Shown here piece by piece: positions 50,287-58,932 of a stretch of DNA of 64,000 bases. Every line of letters starts with the position of its first letter. Positions within the stretch are counted from its first letter, which is position 1. The DNA lies in assembly GCA_965242725.1 (NCBI GenBank), contig CBDESZ010000023.1, forward strand, positions 8,758 to 72,757, read 5' to 3'. This stretch comes from Alkalispirochaeta sp. (lineage in GTDB: Bacteria > Spirochaetota > Spirochaetia > DSM-27196 > Alkalispirochaetaceae). Position numbers and translations under genes: made by a program. The notes under the pieces are model-generated. The model saw only the letters and a program-made list of their open reading frames with translations. It was not told the DNA's origin and searched no databases.

Positions 50287-51834
50287 TCACCTCTCCACCC
50301 ACCGCATCATCGACACCAGCTTCATTTTTCCTGCAGCCAGGGCGTGACGGAGCTCGCCCCGATCCCGCGACGCGGCAATTGTCTCCACCGGTGCGAGGTG
50401 CAGGAGTAACGATGTCACGGAATCCGTCGGCGTGCCCGTTTCCAGCATATCGTGCCAGTCGTTGAGAACGCTCATCGTGTGTCTGCGCCGTTCCGACAGG
50501 GACGGACGTTCGATGGGGGTGAAGGTGACGGAACCTCGTTTCAATGCCGCCGGCCGTGGCGTGGTTCCGGCTGCGTCATATCGTGGAACGCCGCTTTCCC
50601 GCCAGGTGGGGGCGGACGAGAGGTTGTATACACTCCGTCGCCTGCGGATGCTTTCGATGCGTGTCGCGACGGGCTGGAGAAAGGCTGCCAGCGACGGCGT
50701 GCGAAAGGCTCTCGTACCGTCCGGCCACGACAGGGGAGGAATATCACCGACCATTCCCGACCGTTCGGCCCGCAGCGTCGTATCGGGACGCAGTCGGTTC
50801 GTCCGGGCGTCGATGAATCGATCATTTGGATGGGGGCGTCCGTGGATGATAAGGTCGTACGTGCACAGATCGATGCCGATGAGATAAAGGGCGGACCCTT
50901 CAGGGAGCAGGGAGTCACTGTAGGCGAGGGTGGAACCGGTTACTGTCGGAGCTTCTCCGATATGGGGCCATTCGCTTCCGTCTATTGCGAGGATGTCGCC
51001 GATCCAGCCGGAGCGGACGCAGATTTCCGGAAACGGTCCTCTGCCGGTTCCGCCGCTGCTGCGCAGGGATACCACCGTCGGAATCCGACGGCGATATCTC
51101 TTAGCCCAGAATCCGGCGTCTAGGTGGACGAGGATATCCGGGCTCACTCCCGCATGAAGCAGGGCGTCGGCGGCCGAGCTGGCCGCGATGACCACCGGTT
51201 CAACCGTCTTCAGAAAGTCCCGGGGCAGCGGTTGTGCCACCGACGGTCCCCCGGCGCAGACGAGTGTCGCTCCGGCGTGGGTGCCTGGAACCAGCCGCTC
51301 TTCCAGCCTGATCGCTCTCCCCAGGGCGTTGCGGAGCCAGGTCATGCCGAAGGAGGCAACTGTGTAGAGTTCGCTCTGACCATCCTGGACTCCCTGAACG
51401 ACTCCCTGCTGCACCGATTCACTCCAGTCGGTGATGCACTGCAGCGCAGGAGGCCACAGGAACGCCTGGACTCTGGATACGTCGAGCAGGGTCAATGCAT
51501 TTCTGATTCGACCGCGTATATCAAGTACATCCGGGACGGCAATGGGAATGCGGTGTATCCTGCCGGAGAAATCACCCTGTACATGTTGAAAGGTCACCGC
51601 AATAACTTTCATTGACGGATATCGTTCCGCAAGGCGGCTGGAGAAGTAGGGTACACCCTCACCGATGACGATGACGACGCCGTCACTCCGCTCCGGCACA
51701 AAGCGGTCGAGGACGCGCTCCGCCTCTATACCCGGACGATATGACGAGTGGAGAAATCTCCCGGCGACCCGGATCGTGGTGTTTCCATCAGCGGTGGGAA
51801 GCGTCTCGTATTGCACTGTTACGTTCTTCGGCAC
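50287..51834 (-). CDS. Maf/MptE-like (DUF115) protein
   Basis: 'LHSSYRP..EA', 'AGGPS', 'ASSA', 'PD....DAGFWA', 'TVTG' and 'GIDL'. Confidence 0.8.
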   Translation of the reverse strand: MPKNVTVQYETLPTADGNTTIRVAGRFLHSSYRPGIEAERVLDRFVPERSDGVVIVIGEGVPYFSSRLAERYPSMKVIAVTFQHVQGDFSGRIHRIPIAVPDVLDIRGRIRNALTLLDVSRVQAFLWPPALQCITDWSESVQQGVVQGVQDGQSELYTVASFGMTWLRNALGRAIRLEERLVPGTHAGATLVCAGGPSVAQPLPRDFLKTVEPVVIAASSAADALLHAGVSPDILVHLDAGFWAKRYRRRIPTVVSLRSSGGTGRGPFPEICVRSGWIGDILAIDGSEWPHIGEAPTVTGSTLAYSDSLLPEGSALYLIGIDLCTYDLIIHGRPHPNDRFIDARTNRLRPDTTLRAERSGMVGDIPPLSWPDGTRAFRTPSLAAFLQPVATRIESIRRRRSVYNLSSAPTWRESGVPRYDAAGTTPRPAALKRGSVTFTPIERPSLSERRRHTMSVLNDWHDMLETGTPTDSVTSLLLHLAPVETIAASRDRGELRHALAAGKMKLVSMMRWVER

Positions 51835-52840
51835 TCCAGAGGCGGAAGGTAAGGGTTTCGATGGGATCGGAACCGAAGAGGCGGGTCAACGTGGATGTGA
51901 GAAGGTGGACGACGAGGGATGGCGAGGCATCGGCGCGTGTCGTCGTGATGAGAAGAATCTTTTCTCCACCGAGATGGACCGAAGCATGGGAAGGTTGCGT
52001 CAACAGGACGACGATATCGAGAATGTCATCAAGGAGGCGCTGATAGTCGAGGTATGGATGATTTCCGAGTATCGTTTGCACCAGATGTCCCAGATCCACC
52101 TCCACCGCGTGAATTTCGCGGTTTTCGTCTGCCCCTTCTCTCTGGAACCTGGCCAGCAGCGATGGAACGTGTGCTCTCTGATAGATCGACTTTCGGCCTT
52201 TCAGGTCGAAGGGACGTTCCCGCCCTTCAAATAAACGCCGTCCTGCGTTTTCCGAGAGTGCACCGACGATGACGTTCAGGACTTCCGGATCCAGGTCAAG
52301 GAGGGGGGAGTCCAGGACCAGAAGAACCGCAACGAGGGAGTTGCGATGCGTAAAGGGGAGCAGTGCAATTTGAAATATCCGCTCCCCGTCCCGCCGTGAA
52401 AGGCGCTGAGTGATTGTTACCCGCTGCTCGTCGTCAAGCAGCACGGCGTGGCGTCCGTCGCCGATCCACTTCTTCTCTTCATTCAGAAGTCGCAGGCGAT
52501 AGGTGCTTGTCCTGTCGATACCCGCCGATGCCATCGGTATCATCCCGCCGTCGCGGTGCGAGACGAGCAACACACCCTTGCGGACAGAAAAGTGTCGATG
52601 GAGCAGGGTGAAAAGGTGGGAAGGGGAGGTGATGCCGTAGTGGCGCTGTGTCTGCAATTCTTTTAAAAGGGCCCGCACGGCGGCGCCTGTGGATAACGTT
52701 TCTCCTTCCTTCAGATCATCAAATCCTTCGGGATCGAGGTTTTCGTCGTGAAGGAGTGAGGAGCCCCGCATGGACAGGGCTCTTCCGAAGAGGGATTCGT
52801 TATTTACCGGGCCGTCAAGCAGGCGGTCGATTAGACCCAT
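51788..52840 (-). CDS. Hypothetical protein (possible GAF-like domain)
   Basis: 350-aa ORF in the same-strand operon, N-terminus 'MGLIDRLL'. Confidence 0.7.
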   Translation of the reverse strand: MGLIDRLLDGPVNNESLFGRALSMRGSSLLHDENLDPEGFDDLKEGETLSTGAAVRALLKELQTQRHYGITSPSHLFTLLHRHFSVRKGVLLVSHRDGGMIPMASAGIDRTSTYRLRLLNEEKKWIGDGRHAVLLDDEQRVTITQRLSRRDGERIFQIALLPFTHRNSLVAVLLVLDSPLLDLDPEVLNVIVGALSENAGRRLFEGRERPFDLKGRKSIYQRAHVPSLLARFQREGADENREIHAVEVDLGHLVQTILGNHPYLDYQRLLDDILDIVVLLTQPSHASVHLGGEKILLITTTRADASPSLVVHLLTSTLTRLFGSDPIETLTFRLWSAEERNSAIRDASHR

Positions 52841-52857
52841 TCTTGTTCTGTCCAGAG

Positions 52858-54609
52858 TCAGGTCTCGAGCCCGAGTTCCTCAAAGAGCCGCTTGTATACC
52901 TCGAAATGCTCGGATTTTGCGAACTCCTCGATCTTTTCGTCAGGAAGCGCTTCAAGCAATTGATCCATATAGGAGAGGACGGAGCGAATCTCTTCCTTGA
53001 GGTCGTCCGGAAGGTCCGAAATTGAGGAAGCCGAATGTGATTCTTCCTCGTCAAGGTCCAATCCCTCCTCGGGTTCCTCATCGAGAGTGAGTTCATCAGG
53101 GGATTCCTCGTCGATTGTCAACTCATCCGCTGAGCCGTCATCAAGGTCCAGTCCGCGGGGACGTTCCAGTTCATCATCTTCGAGGTCCAGATCGTCGAGG
53201 TCGTCAAGATCCAGTTCGATCTCTTCCTCTTCCTCTTCCGATTCGTCTTCACCTTCATCGGTGTCTTCGTCGGAGTATTCGTCGAGAACGTCGTCAAAAT
53301 CATCGTCCAGTTCGATCTCTTCCACGCCGGCCACCGACGCCGGTTCAGTATCGGGTTCCTCTTCCTCCGGTCCGATGTCACTCTCCACCTGGTCGGCAAA
53401 GGAGTCAAATCCGTCGTCGTCCAGTTCTTCAAGGGAGTCAAGATCGATTTCAAGCTCGTCGATATCGTCGGTCGCCGTTCCGTCGGAGTCTTCAGTGTCA
53501 TCCACGAGGGAATCGATGTCGGAAAGTTCCCGGTCGATATCCATATCAGCCAGTTCCTGTACCGCCGAATCGTCTTCTTCTTCCTCTTCCGGTGAAGGGG
53601 CGCCTTCGTCGTCGGGTTGCTCAAGAATGAAATCATCATCCAGCTCTTCAGCCTCGCCGGCCTGCTCGGTAAATTCAGCGGTATTCAGTATGTTGTCCAG
53701 CTCATCTCCGGTGAGGGCGATCGTCTCATCTTCGTCCTCGTCAAAGAAACCGGAAGGGTGTGACGCCTCGGCAGCTTCTTCCCCTTCTTCGTGGACTTCC
53801 TCGTCGACGGCAGGCGCGTCTTCCACTTTCACGCCTTCCATGTCGGGTTCGCTCTCCGCGGCGTCATCGGCCGGTACGGGAGCCTGGCGTGCACCGCGCA
53901 ATGCGATCTTGAGTTCCGCGAGTTCCCGTTTTATGTCCGAAAGTTCCTGTTGAATCTGCTGGAAGGCTTCACGTTCCTGTGTGTCCATCGTGTCTGGTAT
54001 AGCACTTTCATCGGGGTTTTGCAAATTTTCCTCGTCGAGAAACTCCTCCTCGTCGGGGGTGATTCTGTTTGTCGGGCTTTCCGGGACAATGTCAATTCCC
54101 TGTTCCTCCGGCGTGAAATCGTGCTCTTCATCCACATCCAGCTCCGGAAGTTCTTCACCCTCATCGGATATCGATACGTCGTCAAACGAAAAGTCTTCAA
54201 GTTCATCGTCCGTACCGGGAATTGTGGAATCGAAGGCGTCTGCCGACCCGTACTCCTCGTCGAGAGCGGCAAAGGGATCGGTCTCTCCGTCGGGTTCCTC
54301 AATATCCAGATCGTCAAGGGATACGAGATCATCGTCCTCGTCGGAATCATCATCGACGGAGGTGCGGGGAATGGCGAAGTCATCGGTATCGTCGTCCAAC
54401 GAAAGTTCATCCACATCGAGATCTTCGATGTCGGGAAGGTCGAGGTCGAAATCGTCGTCCACGTCCGCCGCCGCTCCCCCCGCCGACGGCAGGTCGGTAA
54501 AGGCGAAGTCGTCGTCCGCTTCGATGACCTCCTCCGGACCGGCTTTTACCCACACACCGTAACGTTCGAGATCTTCTTCCTGATATTCGCCATGTTTGTA
54601 TTCACTCAT
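52858..54609 (-). CDS. Highly acidic low-complexity protein
   Basis: 583 aa, D/E-rich. Ordered islands include YGVWVK, a coiled coil, ETIALTGDELDNIL and a C-terminal helical domain. Confidence 0.88.
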   Translation of the reverse strand: MSEYKHGEYQEEDLERYGVWVKAGPEEVIEADDDFAFTDLPSAGGAAADVDDDFDLDLPDIEDLDVDELSLDDDTDDFAIPRTSVDDDSDEDDDLVSLDDLDIEEPDGETDPFAALDEEYGSADAFDSTIPGTDDELEDFSFDDVSISDEGEELPELDVDEEHDFTPEEQGIDIVPESPTNRITPDEEEFLDEENLQNPDESAIPDTMDTQEREAFQQIQQELSDIKRELAELKIALRGARQAPVPADDAAESEPDMEGVKVEDAPAVDEEVHEEGEEAAEASHPSGFFDEDEDETIALTGDELDNILNTAEFTEQAGEAEELDDDFILEQPDDEGAPSPEEEEEDDSAVQELADMDIDRELSDIDSLVDDTEDSDGTATDDIDELEIDLDSLEELDDDGFDSFADQVESDIGPEEEEPDTEPASVAGVEEIELDDDFDDVLDEYSDEDTDEGEDESEEEEEEIELDLDDLDDLDLEDDELERPRGLDLDDGSADELTIDEESPDELTLDEEPEEGLDLDEEESHSASSISDLPDDLKEEIRSVLSYMDQLLEALPDEKIEEFAKSEHFEVYKRLFEELGLET

Positions 54610-54770
54610 ACTCTTGTCCCCCGGCCGGAGTTATCTTCTAACGTTACAAACGTCGGAATAATCATATCTATAGTTTAACGAAAAGTAACAAAAACAGGTA
54701 CCGATCGTCCCGGCGGCAAATGACCGTATTTTATTCAAGCCCGTCGATGAGTCGACCGTAATTTGGAGTG

Positions 54771-55280
54771 ATGAGGCTCTCCCACTTTCTCGGCATCGCG
54801 CTGCTCGGCGTGTCTACATACCTTCTGTTGGAACTTCTTTTTGGTAGCTACGGTGTAGTGGCCTATCGCGTCGTGACTGATTACGTACAAGAGGCGGAGG
54901 CGCAACTGGTGGAGCTCCGGGAGACACACGATGAACTGGAGCGGTTGGCCCGGCGCCTGTCGTCCGACCGCGAAACGGTACGTCTTGAGGCCCGGGATGT
55001 CGGGTATATCCGGGAGGATGAAGTGGTGGTGCGGGTGGAAGGACATCAGCCGCGTCCGCGGCATCGGTACTACCCGGGGGCGATTCCCGTCGCTCCGCCT
55101 CCGTTACAGGACAATCGTCCGCTCTTTCGCGCCATTGCCCTCGTCGTCTCCCTCGTCGCGTTGCTTGTGAAAACGTTGCTCACCACCGCCGGTCTTGAAT
55201 CTCCTCATGCCGGAGCTCCCGGGACAAAACGGGACGAGCAGTGGGACATAGAGGTTGAGGGCGATCAGCTGCACGGCTGA
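54771..55280 (+). CDS. Septum formation initiator (FtsB/DivIC family)
   Basis: TM segment, G.YG, coiled coil and 'EARDVGY..EDE'. Confidence 0.8.
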   Translation: MRLSHFLGIALLGVSTYLLLELLFGSYGVVAYRVVTDYVQEAEAQLVELRETHDELERLARRLSSDRETVRLEARDVGYIREDEVVVRVEGHQPRPRHRYYPGAIPVAPPPLQDNRPLFRAIALVVSLVALLVKTLLTTAGLESPHAGAPGTKRDEQWDIEVEGDQLHG

Positions 55281-55290
55281 CACGCCTCCG

Positions 55291-56556
55291 CTATGGATTT
55301 CCGAGCCGTCTGCCCTCAAGATAGTAGCGTTTGTCCCGGGCCTCGCCGAGGGAAAACGCCTTTCGCGGCAGGGCCCCTTTTTCCGCCACCGTCGCGAACA
55401 GACCGCTCCGGTCGATTTCAGGAAGGATGACCGCCACTCCCTGCCTCTTCTGCGCGGCGTGAACGACATCGTCGAGACCGTGAACGTAATCAACCAACCC
55501 CGGTCGGCAGTCCGCAATCGCCTCGTCGCAGACAGCCACAGCGAGCCCCGCGTTTTCCGGAAGCGAGACGATACCCGATACGTTCTGACCGACCAATCCG
55601 ATCTCTCCGGAGGAAAGTCCGTGCTTTTTTACCCTGTCGGTAACCGTCGCCGCCGGATACTCGGTGAAGATTCCTCCCGATCGGGTGATCAACGCGTCAC
55701 GCAGCGCCGTTCCGTCGCCTTCCATGAGCCGATGAATCGGGCGGAAGGGAAGTCCAGGATCATAGACGTTTACAAGTTCCACCAGGCAATAGCGGAAGGG
55801 ATCGTCCATCGGCGCTCCTTCAGCCTTTTTCCCGGCCCATACCTCTTTGGCCGCGGCGAGACTGTGGTTTCCGTCTCCCGTGGCAAAGAGATAGCCGTAG
55901 CGCCGTGCCGTAGAAAGCGCTTCAAGTCCCTTTACGAATGCATCGGCAGCCGGTGAGTTTTCCGGAACGGCGTATCCCTCTATCTCGCCGCCTCCAAGCA
56001 TGAGGGGCGAACGGTACAAGCATTGAAGATCCTCCCGGGCACGGTCCATCGCATCGATGAGGCGGTTTTCCGGATCGTCAAAGAGGACGAGAACGTGGGG
56101 CAGTTCCACTACCGCTTCACGGCGGATCGCCGCCCGGGGTGGAAGGCGTTCCGGGATCGTCTGCTCACTTGCCCTGATGACCGACGGTGTGTCGGGGTGA
56201 TAATCATATTCTTCAAGATCGACGGCCAGCACCACGCCACGGCGTGTGGTTCCGTCCGAGAGTTGCCGTCGTACGTAGACGGCGGAATTCCTTATTTCCT
56301 GAAAGACATCGGCGTGTACATACTCTTTCATCGTGCGGAGCACCGCGTTCTCCCGCTCCCGCGCGTCGGAACGTTCAAGGTAGATTTCAGGCAGGATCAG
56401 CCTGAGCGTGGAGGGATAGGTACCGACACTTTTTTCTACGGAGTCCCAGTATTCGGGGTCCGCCGTGAACTGGTCGCATGCGATGACAGCCCATTTTTCG
56501 ATTGGAATTCCTTCTTTCGGAAGGAGAATGTCAGGGAAGATAACGGGTGCTTTCAT
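55291..56556 (-). CDS. DUF1015-family protein
   Basis: WAVIACDQFT, LILPE.YL, GDGNHSLAAAK and LPRKAFSLGEA..KRYY. Confidence 0.9.
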   Translation of the reverse strand: MKAPVIFPDILLPKEGIPIEKWAVIACDQFTADPEYWDSVEKSVGTYPSTLRLILPEIYLERSDARERENAVLRTMKEYVHADVFQEIRNSAVYVRRQLSDGTTRRGVVLAVDLEEYDYHPDTPSVIRASEQTIPERLPPRAAIRREAVVELPHVLVLFDDPENRLIDAMDRAREDLQCLYRSPLMLGGGEIEGYAVPENSPAADAFVKGLEALSTARRYGYLFATGDGNHSLAAAKEVWAGKKAEGAPMDDPFRYCLVELVNVYDPGLPFRPIHRLMEGDGTALRDALITRSGGIFTEYPAATVTDRVKKHGLSSGEIGLVGQNVSGIVSLPENAGLAVAVCDEAIADCRPGLVDYVHGLDDVVHAAQKRQGVAVILPEIDRSGLFATVAEKGALPRKAFSLGEARDKRYYLEGRRLGNP

Positions 56557-56568
56557 GGGTACACCGTA

Positions 56569-57834
56569 TTACCTTCCTCCTGTTGGCGCAAGTATTCGAC
56601 CTATGAGAATGGCGTCTTCCAGATCCTCAGGCGGAACGCTTTCGGAAAAGGCGCATTGCAGGATCGCCGGGGTGCCCTGAATCGCTCTGCCGCTGCGTAT
56701 ACCGTCGGGATTAAAAATATCTTTTACAGTCACCTCATGGAGGGAACCCCGGGGCAGGAGCATCAGAAATTTCCCGCCCGTGTAGACGGTGTTTTTCGCC
56801 TCAAAGAAAACGCCACCTTCGATGGAGTCGTGAGGAGCACCGGCGATGCCCATGAGACGGATCGAAGACTTCCGGGGATCACCGGCGGGGGTATGCACTT
56901 TTTCGTCACCCAGGAGAAATCCCGTTGTGTACTCCCGGTGGGAGAGGGCAAAGAGAAGGTCCCTCCACTGCCGGTCCTGCGGGCCCGAAGGTCCGTCGGT
57001 CCTATCGACGGCACATCGATAGGCCGACGTGGTGATCGCCGTATAGAGGGCGCTCTTCATGCGCCCTTCAATCTTGATCGCCCCGATACCGGCGGCGGCG
57101 AGCTTCTCCACATGGTCATACAGCATGAGGTCTCTGGATGAAAGTATTGTTGAGAAGCGGCCGTCCTCTTCGATAGGGTAGTACTCGCCCGGTCGCTTTT
57201 CCTCCATCAGGGCGTAGTGCCACCGGCACGTATGGGCGCAGTCTCCGCGGTTGGCCGACCGTCCCGTCGTAGCCGAGGAGAGAAAGCAGCGGCCGGAATA
57301 GGACATGCACATCGCGCCGTGAACAAAGACCTCCAGCTCGACCTCGGGCGCGGCGGCGCGTATGTCTGCGATCTCTTCAAGAGAAAGCTCCCGGGCGGGG
57401 ACGATTCTCGAAAATCCGAGACGATGGTACAGCCGTGCCGCCTCGCCGTTTGTGCAGTTTGCCTGGGTCGAAAGGTGGAGTTCGACATCCGGCATGTACC
57501 GTCTCACAACGTCAATCAATCCGATGTCGGCGATAATCAAGGCGTCCAGGGGATACCGGGCAAGGCGCTGAAGGACGTCGGGAAGGAGCCGGAGGTCCCG
57601 GGGATGGGCAAAGAGGTTCAACGCACCGTAGAGGCGTCGTCGTCGGTTTCCGGACTTTTTGAGCTCGCCCAATGCGCCGATAGCACTCTCGTCGTCGTCC
57701 TCGGACGAGGGAAAGATCGTATCGGCGTGAGTGCGGAGGGAAAAGCCGTGAATTCCGACGTAGGCGGCGTCCGCTCCGTAGCGATAGGCGACGCGCAGTT
57801 TTTCAAGGCTGCCCGCCGGGGAAAGGAGTTCCAT
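56569..57834 (-). CDS. Peptidase U32 family (TrhP-like tRNA hydroxylation protein)
   Basis: ELLSPAG, HLSTQA, HGAMC.SYSGRC, NRGDC.H.CR and KIEGRMK. Confidence 0.93.
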   Translation of the reverse strand: MELLSPAGSLEKLRVAYRYGADAAYVGIHGFSLRTHADTIFPSSEDDDESAIGALGELKKSGNRRRRLYGALNLFAHPRDLRLLPDVLQRLARYPLDALIIADIGLIDVVRRYMPDVELHLSTQANCTNGEAARLYHRLGFSRIVPARELSLEEIADIRAAAPEVELEVFVHGAMCMSYSGRCFLSSATTGRSANRGDCAHTCRWHYALMEEKRPGEYYPIEEDGRFSTILSSRDLMLYDHVEKLAAAGIGAIKIEGRMKSALYTAITTSAYRCAVDRTDGPSGPQDRQWRDLLFALSHREYTTGFLLGDEKVHTPAGDPRKSSIRLMGIAGAPHDSIEGGVFFEAKNTVYTGGKFLMLLPRGSLHEVTVKDIFNPDGIRSGRAIQGTPAILQCAFSESVPPEDLEDAILIGRILAPTGGR

Positions 57835-58790
57835 CAGCGCAGCGCCTCCGTGAGCTGATCGTAGTGTACGTTGAAGAATTCGAGCATCACCTGCTGAACT
57901 CCTCCGAAGAAGTACTTCTCCATCGCGGCGGCGGGACGGGAGACCCACCTGTAGTGCCACGGTTCGAACTTGTAGCCCGTGACCTCCTCCCAACCTTCCG
58001 GATAGGAGAGGGAAAAACCGAATCTCCACCCGTTGCGGGCGAGCCATATACCCGCCGGATGGCGGGCAAACTCATCGGAAATCGATCCAAAATCGATGGT
58101 CGTTCCCAACTGATGCTGGCTGGTCCCGGGACGGGCGCTGACCCGTTCCGCTTCAGCGAGGCCAAGCTCATCGACCCAGTACCGGAAGAGGCCCTCCTGA
58201 TAGGTGTAGCTGCGATAGGTGCTGGAGAGGTCGAGGATGATACCGTCCTGCCGCGCCGCCTCCACCATGGCGAAGAGATCGGGGAGGACCACCGTCCGAA
58301 GGCTGAGGTCGTCTCTGTTCAGCGTGAGATTCCGGAACGGCTGCAATGACACGATGTCGTCGGGGACGTAATCCGGCCCGATCAGCGTCTCCTTGTCCAC
58401 CAGCCTCAGAACATCGGCGTAGCCGCGGTCACTCCCGTCCTGGGCGGCCGTCGTACCCGGCGCACCCGCAGAAGCTCCTCCCGGGCGCTCCCCGTCGGTC
58501 GCAAAGGTTCCTTCAAGGGTTTCGAGGAAGAACTGAAGGAAAACCTCCGGGCGCGTCCGTATCGCCTCCGCAGATTCTTCGGGAAGGCCGTCGACAAGGG
58601 TGGCGATCTCCGCCGCTGAAAGGTCAAAACGGGGGTGGATCGGTTCATCGGCGGGTGTCGCGCTCTCCGTCGTCTCCCGTTCCGCGATGTCGCCGGTATC
58701 CGGCTCGGTACATGCGGTAAGGAAGGCGGTGAAGAGGAGGGCTGGGAGGAGGAGCGCCGCGCCTGCAGGGCGGCGCGCCCAGACGTGCAT
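57834..58790 (-). CDS. M15B (VanY-type) D-Ala-D-Ala carboxypeptidase, lipoprotein (start uncertain)
   Basis: Lipobox LTAC, S.YRSY..Q, SARPGTSQHQLG..D and EPWHYR. Confidence 0.9.
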   Translation of the reverse strand: MHVWARRPAGAALLLPALLFTAFLTACTEPDTGDIAERETTESATPADEPIHPRFDLSAAEIATLVDGLPEESAEAIRTRPEVFLQFFLETLEGTFATDGERPGGASAGAPGTTAAQDGSDRGYADVLRLVDKETLIGPDYVPDDIVSLQPFRNLTLNRDDLSLRTVVLPDLFAMVEAARQDGIILDLSSTYRSYTYQEGLFRYWVDELGLAEAERVSARPGTSQHQLGTTIDFGSISDEFARHPAGIWLARNGWRFGFSLSYPEGWEEVTGYKFEPWHYRWVSRPAAAMEKYFFGGVQQVMLEFFNVHYDQLTEALR

Positions 58791-58874
58791 CGCGCCTGCA
58801 GGGCGGCGCGCCCAGACGTGCATCGCGCCTGCAGGGCGACGCGCCCAGACGAGCGCCGCGCCTGCAGGGCGACG
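58752..58874. repeat. 33-bp tandem repeat, about 3.7 copies
   Basis: Unit CGCGCCTGCAGGGCGRCGCGCCCAGACG(TGCAT/AGCGC) starting at 58758, 58791, 58824 and 58857 (partial). Confidence 0.95.
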
Positions 58875-58932
58875 GCTCGTCAGGGAAAGCGCCGCCCGGG
58901 AGATTCGGTGCCCTCCCGGGGGCGCGATTGTG

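Noticed and set aside
52997..53953. Serine-rich 318-aa + strand ORF
   Set aside because: It is the antisense reading of the Asp/Glu codons of the acidic protein.
57834..58790. Vancomycin-resistance locus
   Set aside because: A lone VanY-family peptidase without vanHAX or vanRS is typical of housekeeping M15B enzymes.
58752..58874. CRISPR array
   Set aside because: The repeats are contiguous with no unique spacers, and there are no cas genes.
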